From positions 32,001 to 96,000 of the IMG/VR virus record IMGVR_UViG_3300020583_000224: a stretch of 64,000 nt of DNA. One strand, given 5' to 3'. Every line of letters starts with the position of its first letter. Position 1 is the first letter of the stretch. The position numbers and the translations under genes were made by a program. This DNA is from a virus. A model generated the notes under the pieces. That model was given only the letters and a program-made list of their open reading frames with translations. It ran no database searches and was not told the origin of the DNA. This document shows, one piece after another, positions 42,175 to 52,343 of the stretch.

Positions 42175-42200
42175 CGTCATCCCGCACCCTTCGATTAGAG

Positions 42201-42227
42201 GCCCCGGTCGTTCTGACCGGGGCTTTC
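42201..42227 (+). terminator. intrinsic terminator
   Basis: GCCCCGGTC-gttct-GACCGGGGC-TTT. Confidence 0.7.
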
Positions 42228-42256
42228 GCTGTCTCCAGAAGAATCTTCATCGCCAT

Positions 42257-42288
42257 TGTAGCGCTACAGAGATTGTAGCGCTATAGTC
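42257..42288. promoter_or_regulatory. tandem palindromic operators over the xis promoter
   Basis: TGTAGCGCTACA (42257-42268) and TGTAGCGCTATA (42274-42285) overlapping TATAGT; related GTAGCA-N7-TGCTAC at 41382-41400 upstream of the GntR gene. Confidence 0.75.
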
Positions 42289-42319
42289 GTCACCAGAGCC
42301 ACTAAGACAAGGAGGACCG

Positions 42320-42526
42320 ATGGCGGCGATCACACCGCGACCCGACCTCGGCGTGATGTTCGAGCCTGAGGCGGTAGCCGACGCGTTGCACGTCGGACGC
42401 GGCACGGTCTACCGCCTGATCCGCAGCGGCGAACTGAAGGCCAAGAAGATCGGCCGGCAGTACCGCATCCCCGAGGCGTCGCTGAACGAGTACCTCGGCC
42501 TCGAACAGCTAGAGCAGTCCGCATAA
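42320..42526 (+). CDS. excisionase-like HTH_17 protein
   Basis: AAGGAGG RBS; EAVADALHVGRGTVYRLIRSGELKAKKIGRQYRIPEASL. Confidence 0.9.
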   Translation: MAAITPRPDLGVMFEPEAVADALHVGRGTVYRLIRSGELKAKKIGRQYRIPEASLNEYLGLEQLEQSA

Positions 42527-42582
42527 CCATCCCCGCGGGGTCCGGCGGCTTCCCTCCCCGGCAACCGGACCCCGCACCACAC

Positions 42583-42661
42583 GCCCTCCGTTGGTCGGAG
42601 AGTTCGCTGCCGTGCCGCACCCGGCAGCGAACGGGCACCGGTTCAACTCCGGTGGAGGGCA
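42583..42661 (+). ncRNA. tRNA-like structure lacking canonical D and anticodon arms
   Basis: 7-bp acceptor GCCCTCC/GGAGGGC plus A; T-arm ACCGG-TTCAACT-CCGGT; 11-bp internal stem GTTCGCTGCCG/CGGCAGCGAAC. Confidence 0.6.
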
Positions 42662-42733
42662 CGTAAAAGCCCGGCTGACGGGTCGAGTCCGACAGCCGGG
42701 CAAGCCAAACCCTCCAGCGAAGAGGATCCAGAC

Positions 42734-44830
42734 ATGGACCAGGTTACAGCGACCAGCCGACAGGCCGCGTACGACTACGACCACGCGTTCCTCATGATCG
42801 CCGCAGTCGACCAGGCCGCCGCGTCCGACGACTTCCACGCCGGGATCATCGCCGGATACAACCTGCTCCGGCACCCGTCCGGGGCCGCGAAGTTCACCGC
42901 CGCCGTCGAGGCGCAGCGCCAGCGCATCCAGGACGACGCCGAGCTCGGCGACGACACCGACGGGAGCGCACTCTGATGACGCTGCGGAACGGCAACCACT
43001 GCTACGGCTACCGGTGCACCTGCGGCGCCACCGGCTCCGGCTACCCGTCCGAGTCCGCCGCCGCGCGGGCCGAGCGGCACCACGCCGAACGCAACCCGAT
43101 CGTGCACAAGCCGAAGGCGGACGCGCGATGAACCTGACGGACTACGTCCTGGACCGCACCCTGTGCACCCGCTGCGGCAACGAAGGCACGCTCAAGCACG
43201 AAGGCAAGTACGAGGGCTGCCCCGACTGCCCGCGAGGCCAGGAAGTCAACCGGCAACTCGCCGAGATCAAGACCGAGCAGGACCGCACCAACGCCGACCA
43301 CGACGAGTCGGACGAGCCGTACGGCTTCTGCTTCCTGCACGGCGAGGAATGGGGCAAAGGCGGCGGCTGCGAAGGCTGCTCCGACGAGAACCGCGACACG
43401 CGCCGCGCCGCCTACGCAGAAAGGCGGGCCGCGTCATGAACGCCGACCAGCAGCACGCCAAGAACGCGCCCCTGACGGCGCTCGCCCACTGCGGCATCGA
43501 CACCGACACCGCCGACCAGTACGTTGCGGACGCGATCCCGAGTGTCCACTCCGAGACCGTCGCCCGCTGGATCACCCTCGCCTACCAGGCTGGGCAAGGC
43601 GCCCTCGCCGCCGACGTCCGCGCCCTGAAACTCCGCGTCACGGCGATCGAGGCGGCCGGCGCCGACCACGCCCCGCCGATGGCCGTCGACTTCGACGCGC
43701 TACGCCCGATCGCCGAACGGAGGACCAACTCGTGAACCGCCTCACCGCCTGGATCAAGACCGTCATCGTCGGTCACCGCAAGCACCTCACCGACGAGCAG
43801 CTCGCGGGAGACGACTGCGCCCTGTGCGGTCGCCGGTTCCTCACCTACCGCACCTCGTACGGCTGGATCGGGCTGCCGTTCCTCGGCCGCCGCGCCTGGG
43901 CGTGCGAAACCGCGTGCACCATCACCGCAGTCGAAGACATCGAGGCACTGTTCCGTGCGGCGATCCCGGCCCAGCAGCGCGTGGACTTCTACCACCTCGG
44001 CATCGACGACATCCAACTCGTCACCGCCCCGGACGGCAGCGACATGGTCGACGAGGACTACGTGGCGGGGATCGCCGCACAGCCCCACGTCGAGGTCGAG
44101 ATCGTCCACGCGGGCGGGATCCTGACCACGCGCCCACTGCCCGAGCAGTACGCCGGATACATCGCCGTACAGGCGCAGAAGCTCGGGTTCACGGCCATGA
44201 TCAGCGAGGGGGCAGTGCGATGAGCGCGGCAACCAAGACCCGGCACCTCGTGGCCGTCCCCGACGCGCCCGCCCCGACCGCGCCCAGCGACGTGGAAGTC
44301 GCCCGGTTCTACGTCGAGCAGCAGGCGACGCTCACCGAGCAGCACCAGGCCGCGCATGTTGCGCTCGCAGTACCCGACGTGGAGCAGGATCTGCTCGACG
44401 CTGTAGCGGACACCGTGCGTGCGCTCGAGCAGCCCGGCGCCAACCGTCACGCGCTCCTGGCCGATCTCGCCCGGCGCATGTACCGGCACGGGCACGTCGA
44501 CGGGGCAGCAGACCGGAAGCCCGGCGAACGGCACCTGAAGCTCGCCGACAGCGTGCTCGCCGAAGTCGTCGTCCTCGAGCAGCGCGACCGGCAGGCGTTG
44601 CGCGCCACCGAGCACGCGATCAAGCGCGGGACGGTGAAGGCGTGAGCAGCCGGACCGCCACCCAGACCGCCGACCACGCGCAGCTCAGCCGCGCCTACTA
44701 CGAGCACTGCCAGAACTGCCCCTGCTGCCGCCGCGGCCAGACCTGGTGCGAGACCGGCACCGCGATCCTCGCCGCCATAGCCACCACCCGCGCCGACAGC
44801 GACCTGCCCGGCTACGGAGAAGGAGCCTGA
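42734..44830 (+). other. rightward small genes (42734-42976, 42976-43131, 43128-43439, 43436-43735, 43732-44223, 44220-44645, 44642-44830)
   Basis: Translational coupling; AICE/plasmid-type small Cys-rich ORFs. Confidence 0.65.
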
Positions 44831-44831
44831 C

Positions 44832-45065
44832 ATGCGCCGACTACTCCTCGCCGCGACAGCCGCGCTGCTCCTTGCTACGGCCGGCTGCAACCTGAGCCTT
44901 GACCCGACCAACGTCACCGGCACCGTCACCTCCCACGATGTCAGGTACAACCCCGCAACCAAGGTCAACAACTACTACCTCACCATCGCGGGCACCGAGT
45001 ACCGCGTCAACTACGACACCTACAACCACTGCCGCGACGGCCAGCAGTACCCCAAGTGCAAGTGA
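44832..45065 (+). CDS. small lipoprotein
   Basis: MRR, hydrophobic stretch, lipobox LATAG-C; AAGGAG RBS. Confidence 0.75.
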   Translation: MRRLLLAATAALLLATAGCNLSLDPTNVTGTVTSHDVRYNPATKVNNYYLTIAGTEYRVNYDTYNHCRDGQQYPKCK

Positions 45066-45090
45066 CCCGCATCAAGAAGGAGAACTGACC

Positions 45091-47814
45091 ATGGCCCTGC
45101 GCATCAGCTGGTCCAACCGAGGCGGACTCCGCCTCACCGAACGCAAGCGGATCGGACGCCTCAGCGTCGGTGAGTCGATCCCACTCACGAAGTCGAAGAA
45201 CGGCCGCAAGCGACGCACCCGCCGCTGGATCTCGTTCCGGCTCTAACCCCAACCCGCCAGCCGAAACCAATGAAGGGGCAGTGCATGCCGTCCGAAGCCG
45301 ATTTCAACACTGCCAGCAGGCGCCTCGACCGCCTCGAGGCCGCGGGCGCGCCACCCGCGGACATCGCGGCCGCCCGCGCCGAATACGACCGCATCGACGA
45401 GCAACTCACCATCCAGCAACTCAACGCGCCCCGAACCAGGGCCGGGCAGTCCTGACCGGACGGCCCCGCTACCCCGAAAGGAACACCATGACCGACGCGT
45501 CCACCACCCCGCTCGACATCGTCGCCAGCCCCGACGACGACGAGTTCTACGAGCCCAGCGACGAACTCGTCAAGCACCTCGCCGACCACGTCACCGAGGT
45601 CTACGGCGCCAGCGCCCGGCTCCCCGAAGTCGGGATGCTCATGGATACCTGGCCCGAGACCCGGAACCTCGACGACGGGCAGCAGGAGGCCCTCGCCGAA
45701 GCGCTCGTCGACGAACTCGCCGCCCGCGACAACGGAAGGCGCCGGTAACCGCCATGCGCAACCCGTTCCGCACCGACCCCGACGTCCAAGCCGCCCGAGG
45801 CGACCTCGCCGAGTACATGGACACCGCCAAGCGCTTCGGCAACTACGAGGAGACCCCCGAGTTCGCCGCCGCCAACCGCGCCGTCATCGACGCCGAGAAC
45901 CGCGCTAAGGCGCGCCGCCGCTGACCGGACGGGCCAGGTCGAGCAGCGACCACGCGGACGCTGCTCACCTAGTCCGGCCGGACCGGACCGCAGACCAAGC
46001 CGACCCCACCGAAGGAGAACCAGCCATGGCCAAGAAGACCCAGGAAGAGCTGATCGTCGCCTACTCCGGCGCCGCAGCCCGAACCGGACAGCCCGCCTAC
46101 AACCCCAACTCCACCGAGCAGCAGGTCCAGCAGGCCACAGACAACATGCGCGCCGCCGAGCGGAACCTCGAGCGGCTGCGCAACGGGCACATCGAGTAGC
46201 AGCGGTCGGCGGACCACGATCGCCGGCGGCCCTGAGCTCTCTCCAGGACCGCCGGTCCGCGCGGCCAACCGGCCCGAACCCAACCACTACGCCGAAGGAG
46301 GCGCCCAATGCTCGCGATCACCGTTCTACTACTCGCCGTCGGGGCACTGCTCGCCGCCCTCGGCACCATCGGGTTCGCCCTCGTCTGGCAGGCCCCGTCG
46401 CACGACGACCTCGCCATGGCGCGCAAGACCGCCACGATCGGGCGATGGCTTACCGTCCCCGGACTGTGCCTGTTCGCCGGACACTACGCGGCGGCCGGCC
46501 CGGGCCTGTACGCGCTCATGCTCGTCGTCGCCTTGACCGTAGCCAGCTTCATCACCAAGTCCACGACCCGGCCCGTCGCCGCGACAGGAGCAGCCCGGTG
46601 AACCCCCGCGAGCAAGCCCAAGCCATCACCGACCTCGCAGGCATCGAGGGCGGCGGCAAAAACACCGAAGCGTTCACCCGGTTCTTCCGCAGGGGATCGC
46701 GGACCGGCTGGAACAGCCTCACCCAGGACGACTTCGCCATGGTCGAGGACGCGTTCGCCGACGCCGCGGGCGGGCCCCGTCGCAAGCGCAAGCACCCGCT
46801 CGTCTGGAAGATCGGCTTCTGGTGGCACTGGCACGTCACCTCGCCGATCATCTACCCGCTCATCGAGGCGCCCTTTACCGCCTGCCGCAAGATCTACTGG
46901 CACGCCTGGAGGAAACGCCACGGCGGCGAAGTCATGGTCCCCGACTGGCGCGACGACGGCGAGGCGTACATCGCATTCATGCCCTGGGTCGAGGCCAACG
47001 CCCAGCGCCGCCAACTCGTCGCGAACCTGCCGCTGCGCCACCGCATAGCCGACCGTCTCAATCGCCTGCACGTCGCCTGGGGCTGGTGCTGCCCCGACTG
47101 CGGCATTGACTTCGCCGAGCCCGAGCACCTCGAGCCGCGCGACGTCCGGGCGTTCGCGGCCCTCGACGCCCACGTCGCAGAAGCCCACGGAGGTGCGGCA
47201 CCCGAAGAAGCCGAGGCCGCCCAACTGTTCTGGATCTAGCGCGCCTAGACCTCAAGCCGACCAACCACCACGAAGGAGACCACGACCATGGCATGGCGAA
47301 CGAAGAACGGGCAGACCAGCGAGCCCAACTACGACCGGCGCGGCACCGACGTGCGCCACGGCGTCGAGATCAAGGACTACAGCGAGCCCTGGCGCCAGGC
47401 CGAGCGCATCAACAAGCGCGAAGCCATGACCCCCGAAGAGCGGCAGGCCGAGAGCCGCGAGATCTCGCGCAGGCTGTTCTCCCGCGACGACTGACCACAC
47501 GAACTCCGCCTACCCAAGAGCACGTCACCACCGAGAGGACCGCGGCCATGCATGAGCCGCACGCACCGTTCTGCACCAACCATGCCGAAGGTATCTGCCG
47601 GGCCGATGACCTCACGTCCGGCAAGTGGGAGATCGGGCTGTCCGAGGTGGACGGCGAGGCCACCGTGTACGTGTGGCATCCCGAGATCATCCCCGACGAG
47701 ACGAGCGGCACATTGCGCCCCGCCGAAGCTATCGAACTCGGACGCGCCCTCGTCGCGCAGGGCACTCGGGGCTTACTCCAAGGCGGCGCCGCCGCCTCAG
47801 CGGATGCCGTGTAG
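45091..47814 (+). other. cassette of small genes (45091-45246, 45285-45455, 45488-45748, 45754-45924, 46026-46199, 46308-46601, 46598-47239, 47288-47494, 47548-47814)
   Basis: Most have their own (GA)AGGAG-type RBS; several are separated by hairpin-forming spacers. Confidence 0.65.
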
Positions 47815-48705
47815 GGCCTTCGTGATCCACCGCACCACCGCCCTGCTTGCCGCGCCCAGGCCGAAGACGGCAAGCAGACCATCGGACCGGGTGTACTGCG
47901 CGAGATGGACGGCGGTCGTGATGCAAATGCCCAACAGGACGAAGATGTCGACTTCCAGCACCGCCACTGCTATCCGGAGTCCATCCACCTTCGCCCTGCG
48001 CCGGCGCCACCACGGCAGGCCGACAACTTCGACGGGCGGGGCATCTGGGGCAACCCAAACTTCGAGGTTCGGCTCAGGGCAACCGTCCGGGTCGTGAAGG
48101 CTGAGTGTGAAGGACCCTGGGGCAAGCCCGTAGTCCTCCGTCAGGATGCTGCCCGCCACGTCGTAGATCTCACTCTTAGATCCCGGCTTGACCAGTGGTC
48201 CGCACGTCCAATAGCCGAGCTCGGTGATCTGCGGAAACCATATCCGTACGCAATCCGGATCGAGCCCCTCCTGATTCGACGAGACGACTGCCGCATAATG
48301 CGGCGCGGCATTCCCGCGAGCCCAGCCCCCGCCCCGATGCTGCATGGCGGACGCGAGCAGCCCCAGCCTCCACGGCCGCGGTTCGTGATGCCCCGGACTG
48401 CTGCTCGGCTCCCAACCCAACCGGTAGTCGTAGTCCCGACTCTTGTTGTAGATCGGGTTCTCGTACTTGAACGCGCAGTACTCCTCGATCGCCGCGCCAA
48501 GCCGGGACGTGTGCCAAACCGCCGTGCGCCAGTGGACCTCATTCCACCAGTCCTTGTCGCGCGCATGCTCGCGCCAGCGCTTGTCCGTGTCGTGGGCGAT
48601 ACCTACGTAGAGCAGACGCCCGGTGCGATCGTAGAACCGGTAGACGGCCGTCTTGCGCGCCGGTCCACAGTGCAGCGATGAACAGATCCCCACTACTCCC
48701 ACCAC
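47797..48705 (-). CDS. GIY-YIG nuclease with central HicB-like segment and C-terminal TM helices (start uncertain)
   Basis: TAVYRFYDRTGRLLYVGI...KRWREH..K.WW...E..A...ENP.YN; hydrophobic C-terminus. Confidence 0.75.
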   Translation of the reverse strand: MVGVVGICSSLHCGPARKTAVYRFYDRTGRLLYVGIAHDTDKRWREHARDKDWWNEVHWRTAVWHTSRLGAAIEEYCAFKYENPIYNKSRDYDYRLGWEPSSSPGHHEPRPWRLGLLASAMQHRGGGWARGNAAPHYAAVVSSNQEGLDPDCVRIWFPQITELGYWTCGPLVKPGSKSEIYDVAGSILTEDYGLAPGSFTLSLHDPDGCPEPNLEVWVAPDAPPVEVVGLPWWRRRRAKVDGLRIAVAVLEVDIFVLLGICITTAVHLAQYTRSDGLLAVFGLGAASRAVVRWITKALHGIR

Positions 48706-48732
48706 CTGGTGGCACCCGGCGCGATTTGAAGC

Positions 48733-48993
48733 TCAGCCGCGAGTTTCGCGCCCCTCTGCGATCCGCTGTGCGGCTGACCGCTTGATCCCGAGCAGCCGGG
48801 CGACGGTTGCATGCGAGTCGCCGCGCTCCCGCATTTCGAGCACGCCTGACCTGCGCACTTCCGCGGCGGCGATGACGTCGTCTTGCAGCTCACGCAGGAT
48901 GTCCTGCGCCTTGAGGGCGCGCTCGGCCGGATCCTCGATGGCGCGTACCGCCTCGAGCCTGTCTCTGATCTCACGCATCTCTTCATCCGGCAC
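48733..48993 (-). CDS. small HTH repressor divergent from the transfer genes
   Basis: LEMRERGDSHATVARLLGIKRSAAQRI; TACACT box just upstream (leaderless); GTACAG direct repeats in the divergent spacer. Confidence 0.7.
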   Translation of the reverse strand: MPDEEMREIRDRLEAVRAIEDPAERALKAQDILRELQDDVIAAAEVRRSGVLEMRERGDSHATVARLLGIKRSAAQRIAEGRETRG

Positions 48994-49080
48994 GAGTCGT
49001 AGTGTAAGCCCATGAGCAAAGTGTACAGGGAGGGGGTACAGTAGAGATCGACGTATTCGAACACGAAGGAGCGAACCGCC

Positions 49081-50127
49081 ATGGACGGCGAGACCCCCAC
49101 CACCCCGGCGCCCCCCACGCCGCTCGGGGGATGGTGGATCGCGGCCGTCGCCGTGATCGGCACGATGGCCGCGCTCATCGCGATCGGCGGCATGATCCTG
49201 TCTTTCCGCGCCGTCTCCCAAGAGATGACCCCTGCGTTCGGCACCCAGTGGGCATGGCTCGTACCCGTCGTCATCGACCTGTCCGTGTTCGTGTTCTCCG
49301 GCGTCGACCTCGTCCTGAACCGGCTCCGCATGAACCACCCGCTCGCCCGGTTCACCGTGTACGGTGCGACGTTCGGAACCGTCTGGCTGAACTACTCCGC
49401 CGGCGGTTCGGTCGCTGGCCGAACCGCCCACATCCTCATGCCGAGCATCTGGGTCGTGTTCGTCGAACTCATGCGGCACGTGGTTCGGCGGCTAACCGGC
49501 CTGGCCGACGGATCCCTGCGCGAACCCGTCCCGACGGTTCGATGGATCCTCGCCCCGTGGCGAACCGTGAACCTCTGGCGGCGCATGGTCCTGTGGGGCA
49601 CGAACTCCTACCCGAAGGCCCTCGCGCAGGAGAAGGGGCGCCTGGCCGCTATCGCGGTTCTGCGAACCGAACACGGGCCGTTCTGGCGCTGGCGCGTCGC
49701 GCCACTGGTTCGCCTGCAGCTCAGTCTTGGCGAACCCGTTCAGGCTCCCGAACTTGCTGCGGCCGAACCTGCCGAACCGGACCGCGAGGCCGAACCGGAG
49801 ACCCCGAACCTTCCCGCAGTTCCGAACCGAACCACCGCCGCCGGTCGCGCCGAACGTTCTGCGCCGCGCCGAACCAGCCCGCGCCCGAACGGTTCCGGGA
49901 GCGTCTCCCCGCTCATGTCGCGACCCGAACGCGTCGAGATCATCCGGCAGTGGATCGACCAGGCGGGCGGCCTCGAGGCCGTGCCGCTCAGCCGAATCAT
50001 GACCGAATTCGGGTGCGCCAAGTCCACCGCCTCCGGCCTGCGCGCCGAGGCAGATCCCAGCCCTGCAACCCAAAGCGCGACGACGCCTAACGAAGACGAC
50101 GAAGCTGATCGAGAGGACGCCGCCTGA
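49081..50127 (+). CDS. DUF2637-like (Spd-type) membrane protein with C-terminal HTH
   Basis: LSF.AV...AWLVPVVID..., TVWLN...HILMP...ELMRH, RWILAPWRT.NLWRRMVLW; C-terminal LSRIMTEFGCAKSTAS. Confidence 0.8.
   Translation: MDGETPTTPAPPTPLGGWWIAAVAVIGTMAALIAIGGMILSFRAVSQEMTPAFGTQWAWLVPVVIDLSVFVFSGVDLVLNRLRMNHPLARFTVYGATFGTVWLNYSAGGSVAGRTAHILMPSIWVVFVELMRHVVRRLTGLADGSLREPVPTVRWILAPWRTVNLWRRMVLWGTNSYPKALAQEKGRLAAIAVLRTEHGPFWRWRVAPLVRLQLSLGEPVQAPELAAAEPAEPDREAEPETPNLPAVPNRTTAAGRAERSAPRRTSPRPNGSGSVSPLMSRPERVEIIRQWIDQAGGLEAVPLSRIMTEFGCAKSTASGLRAEADPSPATQSATTPNEDDEADREDAA
49370..49932. repeat. about 20 (C)CGAAC/GTTCG repeats inside the DUF2637-like gene, candidate clt
   Basis: Dense from 49731 to 49932 (49731, 49748, 49763, 49772, 49790, 49804, 49822 twice, 49850, 49869, 49885, 49925), in more than one reading frame. 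Confidence 0.75.
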
Positions 50128-52343
50128 TGGCACGACACGACACGACACGCGGCTACCTCGAGGCTCAGCCGCTCCAAATTCCCGATAGCGCCCAGCAATC
50201 CACCCTTCCCGTCGCGTGGCATGGCGCGCCTCCGGCCGTCACGCAACATGGAGAACTCGCAGCTCAGGCGCCGAATCAGGCTGCTCCGCAGTCGTACTAC
50301 TCGGTCAGTCCGGGCCAGATCCTCCCACACGCGCAGGCCCACGACCTCCCCTGGCACATGGCCGGACTGCTCGACCACGAACTGCCCCGCCCGAAGCCCG
50401 AATGGGTCAAACTCCTCAACGACTACCACGTGCCCGGGGTCGCCGGGACGCTCGTGTTCACGGCGTTCGGGTGGATGGCGCACAAGGAGCCGATGCACCC
50501 GTGGATGGCCGGGCTGTTCATCGGCGTGGGCGTCACCGGGCTCGTCGGCGCCTGGTGGGCGCACCACGAGCACGGCCAGGACGCGGACCCGCACTTCACC
50601 AAGGGCCTGGCGGGTCTTGGCGTTGCCGCCATCTGCGGCGGTGCCGCCGTTGGCGCCGGGCCCACGGGGATCTCGTTCATGCTGGCGTTCGCGCTGGCGG
50701 TCGGCGCCGTCGTCGGCGTTCACCAGTACCGCGAGCACAAGCGCCACGTGAAGGCGGTGACGGCAGTCGAGTTCCACGCTGCCGTCAACCAGGGGAAGGT
50801 TCACGTGGTCGGCCCCGGGCCGGCGGCGGCAACGTCGAACATTGTGGACGGTCGGGTGCTATCCCAGGAGGAGGCGCTGCTGCACCGGGCGTTCGCGGAC
50901 ATGGGCATCGAGCCGATCACGCTGCGCGGGTTCGAGCGCCTCGACAAGGACGCGTTCAACGTGATCGTCGGACTGCCGGGTACTTCCACGAACGACCCGG
51001 AGACGGTGATCGGCAAGCGGGAGGTGCTCAAGTCGAACCTGCGCGCCCGGCAGATCGCGGTGGAGGCGAGCTCCGAGCACGGCCACGAGATCAAGCTCAT
51101 GGTGCGCTACGGCGCGACCAACCCGCTGCTCGAGACCATCGCCTGGAAGGGCCCCAACACCGACGACGTCGCCGAGCCGATCAGGACCAGCGTCGATTTG
51201 CACGGCGACGAAGTCATGGTGCGATTCGCCAACCGGCACACCCTCTACGCGGGTAAGACCCGGCGCGGAAAGTCGGCCGGCATCGCCTCGGCCATTTGCT
51301 CAATCGGCGCCACGAAGAATGCTCAGCTCTGGCTAATGGATTTGAAGCCGGGTCAGGTCTCGCTCGGCCCGTTCGCCGCGATGGCGGCCCAGTCGGTCGA
51401 GGGCAGGAACCAGCAGGAGTGCGTGGAAAGGGCGTCCCTGATGATTCTCGCCGCCGTCGCGGCGATGGAGGAGAACGGGCAAATCCTCAAGGACGAGCGG
51501 GAGTCGACCGGGAAGCCGGTGTACGAGTGGGATGTCAACAGGCACGGCGCGGCGATCGTCCTGGTCATCGACGAGCTTGCCTACCTGCTGCGGCTGGACC
51601 CGGAGATCTACGAGGGCTGGGTTACGATCATGCAGGTCGGGGCGGGCCTCGGCGTGTGGGTGATCGGCGCTACGCAGTCTCCGTCGGCGAAGGCCCTCGG
51701 CGGCACCACTGACGGCTCCAGTCAGTTCGGCAACGTGTTCTGCTACCAGTGCAAGGGCGCGACCCAGGCCGGGATCATCCTGGGCCAGGGGTCGTGGAGT
51801 GAGGGTTGGAAGCCGAACGAGCGGAACCTGCCGCTGCAGGGCATGCACCTGCTGCGCACCCCGGAGCACATCCACCCCGTGGTCATGCGGAACGAGTTCG
51901 TCGAGCCGGGCGACGCGATGGACATTGCCGACCGGTACGCCGACTCCATTCCGGCGCTGCATCCGCGGACGGCGGCGGCGGTCGATCGCGTACTGAACAT
52001 GGGGCTGCCGACGAAGAGCGGGCCGGGCCCTGGTCGCGGCGGGAAGCCGTCCGGGCCCGTCGACAGCGAGATCGTGTACACGCGCCCGTATCTCGTGCCG
52101 GAGTATCCCGACGGCGACGTGGTCGAGGCGCACCACCGCGCGGCGTGGGAGGCCTTCAAGGAGATGGGTTCGGCAACGATCGACGAGCTCAAGGCACTCC
52201 GACTCGACCAGCACCGTTCACGCGAGTCGTGCAAGACCGCCTTGCAGGTGTTCGTCAGGCACGGCGGCGCGACCTCAGAGATGGACGGCCGTACCGAGCG
52301 ATTCCACTGCCTTGTCGGTTCCGAGCGCCGCAAGGAGGCGTGA
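50127..52343 (+). CDS. traB: TraB-like FtsK/SpoIIIE conjugative DNA translocase
   Basis: N-terminal TM helices; Walker A GKTRRGKS; DLK; Walker B VLVIDE; ATQ; C-terminal wHTH-like region; TGATG-coupled to the DUF2637-like gene. Confidence 0.85.
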   Translation: MARHDTTRGYLEAQPLQIPDSAQQSTLPVAWHGAPPAVTQHGELAAQAPNQAAPQSYYSVSPGQILPHAQAHDLPWHMAGLLDHELPRPKPEWVKLLNDYHVPGVAGTLVFTAFGWMAHKEPMHPWMAGLFIGVGVTGLVGAWWAHHEHGQDADPHFTKGLAGLGVAAICGGAAVGAGPTGISFMLAFALAVGAVVGVHQYREHKRHVKAVTAVEFHAAVNQGKVHVVGPGPAAATSNIVDGRVLSQEEALLHRAFADMGIEPITLRGFERLDKDAFNVIVGLPGTSTNDPETVIGKREVLKSNLRARQIAVEASSEHGHEIKLMVRYGATNPLLETIAWKGPNTDDVAEPIRTSVDLHGDEVMVRFANRHTLYAGKTRRGKSAGIASAICSIGATKNAQLWLMDLKPGQVSLGPFAAMAAQSVEGRNQQECVERASLMILAAVAAMEENGQILKDERESTGKPVYEWDVNRHGAAIVLVIDELAYLLRLDPEIYEGWVTIMQVGAGLGVWVIGATQSPSAKALGGTTDGSSQFGNVFCYQCKGATQAGIILGQGSWSEGWKPNERNLPLQGMHLLRTPEHIHPVVMRNEFVEPGDAMDIADRYADSIPALHPRTAAAVDRVLNMGLPTKSGPGPGRGGKPSGPVDSEIVYTRPYLVPEYPDGDVVEAHHRAAWEAFKEMGSATIDELKALRLDQHRSRESCKTALQVFVRHGGATSEMDGRTERFHCLVGSERRKEA

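Noticed and set aside
42320-42526. Complete integration/excision module
   Set aside because: No tyrosine or serine integrase and no att duplication recognisable in the window
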